From: an uncultured Candidatus Poseidoniales archaeon
Lineage (GTDB): Archaea; Thermoplasmatota; Poseidoniia; Poseidoniales; Poseidoniaceae
Direction of reading: 5' to 3'
Assembly: GCA_905181715.1 (NCBI GenBank)
Contig: CAJIYT010000013.1
Coordinates: 10,942-74,941 of the forward strand
Length of the DNA: 64,000 nt
How positions within the stretch are numbered: the first letter of the stretch is position 1; every line of letters begins with the position of its first letter. Shown one piece after another: positions 18,071-26,708 of the stretch. Under the pieces are notes generated by a model. It was not told where the DNA came from. It was given only the letters and a program-made list of their open reading frames with translations, and did no database searches. A program made the position numbers and the translations under genes.

Positions 18071-19039
18071 ATGGGCGAAACTGATGTTCTGCAACACCCA
18101 CGGCGTAATCTCGGTAATCGACATCGTGCTCAGGCAGAACGTTTTGTCAAATTAGCCACGCGAGATCCAGATAACGCCGCACAGAATCTGGGTTGGGCTG
18201 AACAAAATGCTCGTCAAGCAGTACTCTATGATTTCACCGATGAACGTAATTGGCGTTGTCTTGCTACCATCAAGACGACCCTTGAAGATGAAGCAGGTCT
18301 TCACATCGTGCTAGAAGATTTATTCGTAGTTCTCGGGCGGGAATCAGAGCGTTTAGATCAACTCAAAGGTGTCGAATTATTATCTATCGGGTGTGAATTA
18401 TTGGAGGCAGCATTCCTGGCCGACCCACTCGATGCTGAGGAATGGTTCCGTCGCAAGGGAGAGTCCGATCTGCCTGGGTTCAGCACGAGATGCAAATTAC
18501 TCGACTTTACAGATCAGCGTGCAAATATAATCTATGGCCGAAGATTGGAGCAGATACGTCGAGCAGGACATGATGATTTATTCATTGATTTGGTCAAGCA
18601 CCTTCTCGCTCACCGACCAGCAAATCATGAATTATGGCTTGAACTAGGGCGTTTGCATGAGAGAAGAGACGAGACCGAACAAGCCTGGCTCTGCTATGAT
18701 CACGTCCAATCATTGCGCCCACATCATGCAGTCAGGGATGAGTTCCTTACTCGTCTGTTAGGCCGGATGGATGGCAAGGAGAAGCAACCATGGTCTGGCC
18801 CAAGCGTCGAAACACGCAAAGAATTCCTTGCCAAGATGATCAAACTAACACCTCCATCTTTCGCGAAGGATGTAGTTGATGACGGAGATGGAGAGATATT
18901 CAACCAAGAAGAACTACGTCTCAAAGCATTGATTGCTGCTGGTGATGGTGCAGAGGCCTTCTTCTTAGCCCGTTCATTAGTTACTTCAGGTGAGAAATGG
19001 GCAGATGAATATCTTCTACAAGCCAAGGAGATGCTCTAA
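18071..19039 (+). CDS. hypothetical helical-repeat (TPR-like) protein
   Basis: All-helical composition with W/L/E-rich repeats (ELWLELGRLHERRDETEQAWLCYDHV). It starts 11 nt after the UbiD stop and its stop overlaps the Nudix start (TAATG). Confidence 0.5.
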   Translation: MGETDVLQHPRRNLGNRHRAQAERFVKLATRDPDNAAQNLGWAEQNARQAVLYDFTDERNWRCLATIKTTLEDEAGLHIVLEDLFVVLGRESERLDQLKGVELLSIGCELLEAAFLADPLDAEEWFRRKGESDLPGFSTRCKLLDFTDQRANIIYGRRLEQIRRAGHDDLFIDLVKHLLAHRPANHELWLELGRLHERRDETEQAWLCYDHVQSLRPHHAVRDEFLTRLLGRMDGKEKQPWSGPSVETRKEFLAKMIKLTPPSFAKDVVDDGDGEIFNQEELRLKALIAAGDGAEAFFLARSLVTSGEKWADEYLLQAKEML

Positions 19040-19413
19040 TGTACCCGGCTTTTTGTCTAGCTCTGGTTACCCGGAAAAGTGATGATGCACTACTGTTGGT
19101 CAAACATCCACAACGTGGTTGGGAATTGCCTGGAGGTCATTGTGAAATCAATGAAAGTCCAGAACAAACCCTTATGCGTGAATTGGCTGAAGAAACCGGT
19201 ATTTCCGGTATTTTGAAATTATGGAACCGAGATTATTACCCCGATGGACTAGTGGGTTGGGTAGAGGTTGAAGATAATCGTACCTGGTGGAATAGTAGCG
19301 ATGAAAAAGTTAGCGAAGTCAGGTGGTGGCCAAAAAACCCTGAGATGACTCATTGGGATGAACAGGAATTAGTCGATCTCAGAAATTGGCTTCAAGCGCA
19401 GCGAGTTCACTGA
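19039..19413 (+). CDS. Nudix hydrolase
   Basis: Perfect Nudix box G-x5-E-x7-REUxEExGU in GHCEINESPEQTLMRELAEETGI. Confidence 0.85.
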   Translation: MYPAFCLALVTRKSDDALLLVKHPQRGWELPGGHCEINESPEQTLMRELAEETGISGILKLWNRDYYPDGLVGWVEVEDNRTWWNSSDEKVSEVRWWPKNPEMTHWDEQELVDLRNWLQAQRVH

Positions 19414-20416
19414 TGCGAGTGCTCCATTCTTCACTCTCTGTGAGTGCATAGCATAGATTGGCGAACTCGACATCTTCAACTTCACCAGATCTCTGCAAAG
19501 TATGATTAAAGAAGTCTAATCGTTTTGCTCGCTCACATAGTATCAGCAGAGCTTTGAGATCTCCTCTTTGGTTACCACCAATGTCTATTGTAGCCTTTTC
19601 TACGCACCAAGAAAGAACACCTTCCATGTCTTCAGGATGGATTGCTGGTTTGATTTCCTCTTCCTCAGCATCACGTGGTTTGGCATTTGCTAACTGTTCT
19701 TTCATACGAGCAGCATCCTGTTCTATATGTGGTAATGCAATCTCGATAAAGATGGCGCCAGACTCGATTGCGAGTGCGATGTTTTCAGCAATAATTGCGT
19801 GGATGTGGGCAATAAATGAATTACGCAGTGCCTCGTAAATACGATCAAACGCTAACAGGATTCTTGCGGCATTCATACGTGAAATGGCGATAGTCTCATC
19901 AGCATGACCATCCTTGCGAGAGATATCACCGTAAACTTGTAACGCCATCAAAGGTTCATCGAGAGCGAGGTGGAATGCCGCCTTATTTATCAGAGCGATA
20001 TCATGTTCACGACTGGCTTTTGCTACACTTTTCAAACGAGTCTCTGCCCAGGAGAAATCTTCACGTGCTTGTTCAAAATCCTCAGATTCAAAACGGATTA
20101 ATCCAGCTTCCATACGCAGGCGTCCCTCTAGTAGGAGGTCACGCTGCTCAGGATCACGTACCACTGCCAGTGCCTTTTCGACATCGGATATACTAACCTC
20201 GCCAGCAATGCGCATCACTACTAGGTCTAGTACGGCATTTTCAGCTGCAGACATCTCATCTCTGAGCACATCTACTAGTGGACTGCCATAGAGCAAGGCT
20301 ATCTCTGCGACTGCAAGCCACGAGGTCCAACCCAAATCATCTCGCATTTTTTGTATTAAGCTTAGATCCTCGTTATTATGCCAGGATTCGATAATAGATT
20401 CAGGATTCACCCTCAT
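19379..20416 (-). CDS. hypothetical helical protein, last gene of the exosome superoperon
   Basis: ATG 20416 is preceded by a strong GAGGAGGG SD located inside the 3' end of the DHH gene (17-nt overlap). The product is all-helical and I recognise no family. Confidence 0.5.
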   Translation of the reverse strand: MRVNPESIIESWHNNEDLSLIQKMRDDLGWTSWLAVAEIALLYGSPLVDVLRDEMSAAENAVLDLVVMRIAGEVSISDVEKALAVVRDPEQRDLLLEGRLRMEAGLIRFESEDFEQAREDFSWAETRLKSVAKASREHDIALINKAAFHLALDEPLMALQVYGDISRKDGHADETIAISRMNAARILLAFDRIYEALRNSFIAHIHAIIAENIALAIESGAIFIEIALPHIEQDAARMKEQLANAKPRDAEEEEIKPAIHPEDMEGVLSWCVEKATIDIGGNQRGDLKALLILCERAKRLDFFNHTLQRSGEVEDVEFANLCYALTESEEWSTRISELAALEANF

Positions 20417-21380
20417 CCCTCCTCGTCTTAGCCAAGAGATTGATGAATGCGGTTTCAGCAGCAACACGGTCAATTGTGACAGTTAATCCAGCAGCCCCAT
20501 CATGTCCACCGCCCTCTCCTCCGAGTTCATGGGCTAAATTCTGCAGCATTTCACCCAAGTGTACACCTTGGCGAGTACTCACGCGTGAAGCACGTGTAGT
20601 GAGGCGTGTCTTGCCATCTCTGCTGCGAGAGACCATTGCTACTTCAGCTCCCAATCCAACCAGTGCTCCAGCAACTCTTCCTTCGAGAGTCGAGGCATTG
20701 GTGTGAACTAGATTCCATGGGCCAGCTTCAATATTATTCGCTCGAGCCATGGCCTTGACCATTGCTCCTCGCTCTGAAGGCGAGGTGACGCGTTCTTCGA
20801 CATATTCGATAAAAGACTGATACTCAAATCCTGCTCCTTCCATCAAAGATGCAGCGGTTGCCAACGCTTGTCCATCAGCGTGTCGGAAACGCCCAGTATC
20901 AGTAATAAGTCCAGCCAATAGCAACTTCCTCACATTATCTGTAAGAGATTCTTGCGAGAAATCATTTAGATATTCATGGATTATTTGGGTTGTAGAACGT
21001 CTTTCCAGGCGACATTCAAAATCATCATCAGAAAATTCCCAGTCACTAGTAGAATGATGATCTATGATGCAGATTGGTACTCCCTCCGGAAGGTTAAGTC
21101 CTGTTTGAGCAGGTCCTGCGGAATCGACGATGATAATGCCACCTAGTTTGTCAGGCCAAGATGGGTTTTGCGATAATTGACGAAAGGGTGCTTTCATTTC
21201 ATCACACAGACGTTTAGCCATACGTCCAATATGGACGCCACAGGCCATCAGTTCAGGACGCGAGGATGCCAGAGCGATACCCGAACCTATTGTGTCCATG
21301 TCGCCATTACGGTGAGATAGAATAGGAACTGCTCCACGATTACAAGCAGCGGTTATCCACTCATGGAGTTTAGTGAGCAC
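20400..21380 (-). CDS. DHH/DHHA1-family phosphoesterase (NrnA / short RecJ-like)
   Basis: DHH motifs HRNGDMDTIGS, IVDSAG, IIDHHS and DTGRF, plus DHHA1 GGGHDGAAG. Confidence 0.8.
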   Translation of the reverse strand: MLTKLHEWITAACNRGAVPILSHRNGDMDTIGSGIALASSRPELMACGVHIGRMAKRLCDEMKAPFRQLSQNPSWPDKLGGIIIVDSAGPAQTGLNLPEGVPICIIDHHSTSDWEFSDDDFECRLERRSTTQIIHEYLNDFSQESLTDNVRKLLLAGLITDTGRFRHADGQALATAASLMEGAGFEYQSFIEYVEERVTSPSERGAMVKAMARANNIEAGPWNLVHTNASTLEGRVAGALVGLGAEVAMVSRSRDGKTRLTTRASRVSTRQGVHLGEMLQNLAHELGGEGGGHDGAAGLTVTIDRVAAETAFINLLAKTRRDEGES

Positions 21381-21383
21381 GTT

Positions 21384-21692
21384 TCACTCACCCAGATTTT
21401 GTTTGAGGGTTTCGTAAGCACTAACCAACTCGGCTTCTCTCTCTCGTATTGTGGTCAGAGCTTCACTCATTCTTTTATTCGTATTCTCAAGATCGCTTAC
21501 CAGTTCATCACGGTCGGTTACTTCGATTAATACTGCACCCATCTGTCGATGAAGTGCAGCATCAGCAGGATGCTGGCGTATAGAAGTGATTGTTTGAGAA
21601 ATCTCTTTGATTTGGGCACTCAAAGACGCGACCTGTTGCCGTGCATTTTGTACTTCACCAACTACCATCTGCAACCGTTGCTCATCAGACAT
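21384..21692 (-). CDS. pfdB: prefoldin beta subunit
   Basis: 102-aa coiled-coil / beta-hairpin / coiled-coil layout (QQVASLSAQIKEI ... AVLIEVTDRDELVSDLE ... EREAELVSAYETLKQ). Its position in the superoperon is the canonical one. Confidence 0.7.
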   Translation of the reverse strand: MSDEQRLQMVVGEVQNARQQVASLSAQIKEISQTITSIRQHPADAALHRQMGAVLIEVTDRDELVSDLENTNKRMSEALTTIREREAELVSAYETLKQNLGE

Positions 21693-21714
21693 GTTTGGCC
21701 GAGATAACCATGGT

Positions 21715-21933
21715 TCATGAACTCATCACATCGAGAACGTTGTGTGCGATTACCAGTGAACGTACTCTAGTATTCCACATGGCACGAAGATCTTTGGCTC
21801 TTGGTTCCGATAACATGAATGAAAGTGAATCGCCTTTTATCGCTACTATCTCTTCACTTGCTAACGAAGCAGCTAGAGCAATTACCTCTGGCGATCTCAC
21901 CGTAAGGTGAAGTTGCCACATTGGGGTGATCAC
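21715..21933 (-). CDS. pcc1: KEOPS subunit Pcc1-like protein
   Basis: 72 aa. LHLTVRSPE...A, a strand segment, then AKDLRAMWNTRVRSLVIAHNVLDV, which resembles the Pcc1/CTAG ALRA..N...R helix. Its start overlaps the L37Ae stop. Confidence 0.5.
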   Translation of the reverse strand: MITPMWQLHLTVRSPEVIALAASLASEEIVAIKGDSLSFMLSEPRAKDLRAMWNTRVRSLVIAHNVLDVMSS

Positions 21934-22277
21934 TCCTCTTCATCAGCATTGCTGCGTTCATAATCCATCGCTGCTTGTTGTGCGATAAATGCCATGTCAG
22001 CAGTGGTTGCACCCTCGATTGAACGTCGGGTGATCTTGGAATTAGCCTCGCTTGCACGAGTATATGGTTCCCAAGCGCCGCCAGCAAAGGTGTGGCCGCA
22101 CTTTTTGCAGGCCCAAATGCCCACGGATTGGAAAGTAACCTTCTGATATTGACAGACCGGACAGGTGTATTTTGCCTTCTTCTTGGTCAATGCCTTACCA
22201 GCATTTCTACGGACGGAAACACCGTAGCGTGCACCGAATCGAGCTGTGATTCCAGTCTTCTGGGTTCTTTTTGCCAT
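21930..22277 (-). CDS. rpl37ae: 50S ribosomal protein L37Ae (eL43) with acidic C-terminal extension
   Basis: ARFGARYG and the CPVC...CKKCGHTFAGGAW zinc ribbon. About 40 extra C-terminal residues end in DEEE. Confidence 0.9.
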   Translation of the reverse strand: MAKRTQKTGITARFGARYGVSVRRNAGKALTKKKAKYTCPVCQYQKVTFQSVGIWACKKCGHTFAGGAWEPYTRASEANSKITRRSIEGATTADMAFIAQQAAMDYERSNADEEE

Positions 22278-22279
22278 CT

Positions 22280-23065
22280 TCAGTTCGCCTCCTTAGCGCT
22301 TACCATGTCTCTAAGTTCCGTGCATCGCAGCTGTGCAACATCGAGTATCTCAGCAAATTCGGCCGGAGTGAAGACTCCCTTTAACCCCTTCTGAAGCGAA
22401 TGGAGATGTCCATCGTCACCGAGGGTGATGTGGATACGTTCGTTTCCACCCAGTTCTTCTTGTTCGTTAGCATCGAGTACGTAGCGACCACCAACACGAG
22501 TGAAAGAACACATCATCGGAGCCTTGGATACCTGTAATGGATGGTCATCTCCAATGTCAAAGGTACTTGCTGGTACAGTGGTGGTGCGTAGAGCAGCGAT
22601 TGCTGCAAGTGCTGAAGCATCGAAGATATTTCCTCCATCTGAAAGGACGTGGATATCAATCATTACACCATAGACCTTTTCTCCTGGGATAATACACAGG
22701 GATTGAAGATCGATACAACCAGACTCTCTGATTCCTCGATCGACTACTCGGCCCAATTCAATGGACTCGGGCGATGGAGGTCCTGGTTCATATTTGCGGC
22801 CAGCGATTGGGCGTAATTCAGCCCCGCACATTAGCGACCCTTCGTTTGGACGATCTGGCCAAGGAGTTCTTACTTCGAACTTGACACCAGCGTAGACGAT
22901 AGTATCGCCCAACGTCACCTTTGCGCTGCCATCGCCGTTGTAGAGGCAGTCGACCTCTAGTTTGATATCACGTGATTGCCATTGTGAGCGACCATCTATT
23001 CTTCGGTCGTCTTCAGCTAGGTTTGCTAATTCTTGACGCAGTAGAGAAGGTACTAATTCTACCAT
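22280..23065 (-). CDS. rrp42: exosome complex subunit Rrp42 (RNase PH-like, inactive)
   Basis: RNase PH fold (RIDGRSQWQSRDIKLEV...). It sits immediately after rrp41, as in all archaeal exosome operons. Confidence 0.85.
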   Translation of the reverse strand: MVELVPSLLRQELANLAEDDRRIDGRSQWQSRDIKLEVDCLYNGDGSAKVTLGDTIVYAGVKFEVRTPWPDRPNEGSLMCGAELRPIAGRKYEPGPPSPESIELGRVVDRGIRESGCIDLQSLCIIPGEKVYGVMIDIHVLSDGGNIFDASALAAIAALRTTTVPASTFDIGDDHPLQVSKAPMMCSFTRVGGRYVLDANEQEELGGNERIHITLGDDGHLHSLQKGLKGVFTPAEFAEILDVAQLRCTELRDMVSAKEAN

Positions 23066-23794
23066 TCAAGCACCCCCATCATATTTTGCCTTTAGAGCAT
23101 CAATCATAATTTGGTGAATTTCTTTGGCAGCCTTGAAATTATATTCCATACAGGTGTTGTATTCCTCAGGTGAGAGGTCTCCATCCATCTGTAAGAACGC
23201 TATCTCTCCAGTTGTGGGTAGAATACCCACTGGTAGATCTGCTTGACCGTAATTATCCTCGGCTTTGTCGAGGTCTAGTACGACTATGTTGTCGATTTTA
23301 CCACTAGCAACGCCGACTACCATGTCACGCATTGGAATTCCTGCATCGGCTAGAGCTAGAGATGCGGCGGTAATACCAGCGCACCGTGTTCCAGCCTCTG
23401 CTGCTAGAATCTCAATCTCGACACTTATCTTTGCACGAGGGAATCTCTCGACCAATACCACGCTCTCTAGAGCTTCAGCAGTGACCTTTGAGATCTCTCT
23501 ACTACGGCGATTATATCCTGGGCGAATACGGTCGCTGGTTGAGAAAGGTGCCATGTTGTAGCGTACGTCGACCACTGCGCGGTCTTGACGCTGAATCTTA
23601 CGAGGGTGTGCTTCAACGGGGCCATAGACTGCAGCTATTGCCACGTTCAAGCCGTGGGTAACTATTGCAGAGCCATCTGCAGCAGGAAGAATTCCTACTT
23701 CAGCAGTTAGCGGTCTCATTTCATCAATCGCTCTTCCATCCAAGCGAGTACCATCGTCATTGAGTAATTTTACGTCTCCATATCCTCCCATCAT
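23066..23794 (-). CDS. rrp41: exosome complex exonuclease Rrp41 (RNase PH-like, catalytic)
   Basis: RLDGRAIDEMRPL..., YNMAPFSTSDR, RRSREISK and AGTRCAGITAASLALADAGIPM motifs. Confidence 0.9.
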   Translation of the reverse strand: MMGGYGDVKLLNDDGTRLDGRAIDEMRPLTAEVGILPAADGSAIVTHGLNVAIAAVYGPVEAHPRKIQRQDRAVVDVRYNMAPFSTSDRIRPGYNRRSREISKVTAEALESVVLVERFPRAKISVEIEILAAEAGTRCAGITAASLALADAGIPMRDMVVGVASGKIDNIVVLDLDKAEDNYGQADLPVGILPTTGEIAFLQMDGDLSPEEYNTCMEYNFKAAKEIHQIMIDALKAKYDGGA

Positions 23795-24483
23795 TCAGCA
23801 CCTCCAGGTGTGTTGCCTATCATATCGGACAGACTTTGTTGGAATGTATTCTTGTGACCTTCTTTATTGACAAGGTCGATTGCTTTGCGCACTAAATCGA
23901 TGCCAGTTGAATCGCCATCGATCCAGATGCGGCCATTTTCGCCAACGATTACACGGCAATCGCTAGCAGTGGAAAGAGCACGTAGATTTTCATCGTTCTC
24001 TCCTTTGAGTTTAGATACTAAATTCATTGGTATAGAGGACATAATTCCCTCTTTCAGTTTTCTCAAACCGACACCCTTCATGGTTAAGACCACTGAATGG
24101 GATTCGTCGACTTCTTGAACACGAGCGAGGATGACATCTCCGACATCCATGAATTGTCTAGCTGCACCAAATTCTACCTTCCAAGGTGCTAAGCTCATTG
24201 GTAAGAGGCCATTGAACGGACCTAGGACATCTGCGAACCATAGATTATTGCGCACAGCTTCAATTACACCGATTACTAAATCACCCGATCGGGGTGTGTA
24301 TCTGCTATTGATTGGGTCGACACTGATGGTGTCGTTATTTTCCCTGACCCAGCCGAGTCGGGTTGCTATCATCCCTTCACCTTGTGAAAGGACTCCTATT
24401 CCTGCGCTCTTATCGAGTGAGGTCCCGATGACCTCGCCCGGAGTCACGAGGCGCTGCTCGGCGCCTTCTGCCGCTCCGTTCAT
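23791..24483 (-). CDS. rrp4: exosome RNA-binding subunit Rrp4 (S1 + KH)
   Basis: N-terminal VTPGEVIG, an S1 domain (GDLVIGVI...W.ADV) and a KH domain (GENGRIWI). ATG 24483 has a GGAGAG SD; the track ORF extends to GTG 24528. Confidence 0.85.
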   Translation of the reverse strand: MNGAAEGAEQRLVTPGEVIGTSLDKSAGIGVLSQGEGMIATRLGWVRENNDTISVDPINSRYTPRSGDLVIGVIEAVRNNLWFADVLGPFNGLLPMSLAPWKVEFGAARQFMDVGDVILARVQEVDESHSVVLTMKGVGLRKLKEGIMSSIPMNLVSKLKGENDENLRALSTASDCRVIVGENGRIWIDGDSTGIDLVRKAIDLVNKEGHKNTFQQSLSDMIGNTPGGAE

Positions 24484-24543
24484 CTTTCTCTCTCCGGCCG
24501 CCCCACTCGCCAACCCATGATAAAGCACGCGCTACAACAGAAG

Positions 24544-25236
24544 TCAAATCTCTTTGACTTCAGAGCCCTTGGCTTTACCAAGGACCTTGGACACTAGACT
24601 GTCCTTGATGGCTGCTGAGCACTCGATTACACAAGCCCAATCCCCGTTCGATAACCACTCGTCCTTTTCGACGTGAGATCGTAGAAATTGATGAACCGCT
24701 TGATAGCCACCTGCTGGAATTCGAAAGGCCAACCTCACGTCTTCAAACGATAATGGAATCATTGGCTTTAGTATTGCGACTGCCTCCTTAACTTGGACTT
24801 CAACCGTTTTGAATGGGTCTACGTTAAACTTGCTTTCTTCAAATGCCAACTCGATTCTGGTTCTTGGATGTGGACTCTTTGTCCTTGGATCGACAGCAGT
24901 AGAGTGTATTTCATGGATTATTTGTTGGCGTTTGGTTTCAACCATCGCCTTACGTTGGTTGGTGGTTAACTGAATGCTTCCGCGGTCGAGAATAATTTGA
25001 GTTAGTTTGACGATATCAAGAGTGTCAAAATTGCTGGTAAGCGCTTCTTCTGTCGGGCGATCTCCGGCTCTTGCATCGTGGAATACCTCATCAATGGCTA
25101 GAAAGTCATCTATATTCACCGATTCAGGATTCTCTTGAAAAGCATCGACTAATTCAGAATCGACCAAGACCTCATAACGCTTACCGCCCTTTTCAAGTCG
25201 GGCAAGAACAGCGTCATCGAGGCTTACCATATTCAC
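24544..25236 (-). CDS. SBDS-family ribosome maturation protein
   Basis: VLARLEKGGKRYEVLVD N-terminal FYSH-domain signature. The position between psmA and rrp4 is canonical, and its start overlaps the psmA stop by 4 nt. Confidence 0.85.
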   Translation of the reverse strand: MNMVSLDDAVLARLEKGGKRYEVLVDSELVDAFQENPESVNIDDFLAIDEVFHDARAGDRPTEEALTSNFDTLDIVKLTQIILDRGSIQLTTNQRKAMVETKRQQIIHEIHSTAVDPRTKSPHPRTRIELAFEESKFNVDPFKTVEVQVKEAVAILKPMIPLSFEDVRLAFRIPAGGYQAVHQFLRSHVEKDEWLSNGDWACVIECSAAIKDSLVSKVLGKAKGSEVKEI

Positions 25237-25955
25237 TCCCCTAGGGGTTTCAATCGATCTATTTGCTTGTTGACTTGAGCACGATCGAGTATCCGGTATC
25301 CTTCTGAATCAATAACTACAACTTCGACAGCTTCACGGTTAAGATCCTCATCATTTGCATGGCGCAAGGCCTCAAGACCTAGTTTCATTGCCGCATTCAT
25401 GGTCATATTCTCCTTCCAGTTGACTTCAAAGAATTCTGTTACGGTATTTCTACCGCTACCGATAGCACCGGCGTGATATGATTGGTAGGCGCCACTAGGG
25501 TCAGTCTCAAAGAGATGGATTCCATTATCGTCTACTCCGCCAATCAATAGTGCAGTTCCGAATGGACGGGAACCCCCGTATTGGGTGAATGATTGCTTGA
25601 AGTCACAGACCTTCTTTGTCAGAATGTCAACAGGGACACTCGCAGCGTAGGTAATGCGGTTGACTTGTGCTTCAACTCTCGCTCTCGCTACCAATTGGCG
25701 GGCGTCAGCGACTAAACCACTGGTGGCAATACCAATATGTTCGTCGATTTTGAACATCTTTTCAATGCTTTCTGGAATAATAAGACGACTTGCAATCCGC
25801 TTATCGCAGACCAATACAACTCCGTCTCTAAATTTCAATCCTGCCGTTGTAGTGCCTCTCTTGACCGATTCCCTAGCATATTCGACTTGGAATAATCTTC
25901 CGTCTGGGCTAAAGGTGGTGATTCCGTGGTCGTATCCTCGTCCGCTTGGTTGCAT
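25233..25955 (-). CDS. psmA: proteasome alpha subunit
   Basis: GYDHGITTFSPDGRLFQVEYA N-terminus. ATG 25955 is preceded by an AGGTG SD; the track ORF extends to 25979. Confidence 0.9.
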   Translation of the reverse strand: MQPSGRGYDHGITTFSPDGRLFQVEYARESVKRGTTTAGLKFRDGVVLVCDKRIASRLIIPESIEKMFKIDEHIGIATSGLVADARQLVARARVEAQVNRITYAASVPVDILTKKVCDFKQSFTQYGGSRPFGTALLIGGVDDNGIHLFETDPSGAYQSYHAGAIGSGRNTVTEFFEVNWKENMTMNAAMKLGLEALRHANDEDLNREAVEVVVIDSEGYRILDRAQVNKQIDRLKPLGE

Positions 25956-26017
25956 GTTCGCACCTAAGTAAAGGCTCATTGGAGGGGTCTTATCAACCTT
26001 GGTTCTTTGGCCGATTC

Positions 26018-26683
26018 ATGCGAGTGGTCATCCTCTCGAGCGGCGGGAAGGATTCTGCCGCTGCTTTGTGGTGGGCGGAGTGTCGTGGTTGGAGCGTAAC
26101 CCATCTGGCTACTGTACGCATAATTGGCACAGATTCAATGATGTTTCAGATGCCCGGGACAGATTTAGTTGAACATCAAGCCAAGTTAATGGGGACCGAA
26201 TGGCTTGCTATTGAAAGCGAAGGTATCGCCGAACTGGAATTAATTGATCTTGAAAATGGATTGGCCGGATTAGAATTTGATGCTTTGGTCTGTGGAGCAT
26301 TGCGCTCAGATTATCAAAAGAGTAGAATCGAGCGCATGTGTGAGCGTCTTGGAGTACATTCATTCACCCCTCTATGGCATCAAAATGCATATGAACATCT
26401 TTCAGGAATGGTAGAGAACGGTTTCGAGATAATGATTACTGGAGTTTCGGCAGATGGACTGGGCAAGGAATGGCTTGGTCATATCATCACGCGTAATTCA
26501 TTATCTACTTTGAAGGAACTTTCACAAAAATATAGGTTCAATGTCGATGGTGAGGGCGGTGAATACGAATCAATCGTCATCGCAGGACCACATCATCATG
26601 GGCGCCTGGTTCTTGAGCATAAACAGGTCTGGGACGGGGTGCGTGGTCATCTTGTTATCACTCGATGCAGCACGGAAAGTTGA
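26018..26683 (+). CDS. dph6: diphthine-ammonia ligase (Dph6 / MJ0570-family N-type ATP pyrophosphatase)
   Basis: MRVVILSSGGKDS PP-loop, GALRSDYQKSRIERMC, TPLW and DGEGGEYES motifs. Confidence 0.8.
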   Translation: MRVVILSSGGKDSAAALWWAECRGWSVTHLATVRIIGTDSMMFQMPGTDLVEHQAKLMGTEWLAIESEGIAELELIDLENGLAGLEFDALVCGALRSDYQKSRIERMCERLGVHSFTPLWHQNAYEHLSGMVENGFEIMITGVSADGLGKEWLGHIITRNSLSTLKELSQKYRFNVDGEGGEYESIVIAGPHHHGRLVLEHKQVWDGVRGHLVITRCSTES

Positions 26684-26708
26684 TGATGTCTAGCGTAGGC
26701 GCCTATTC

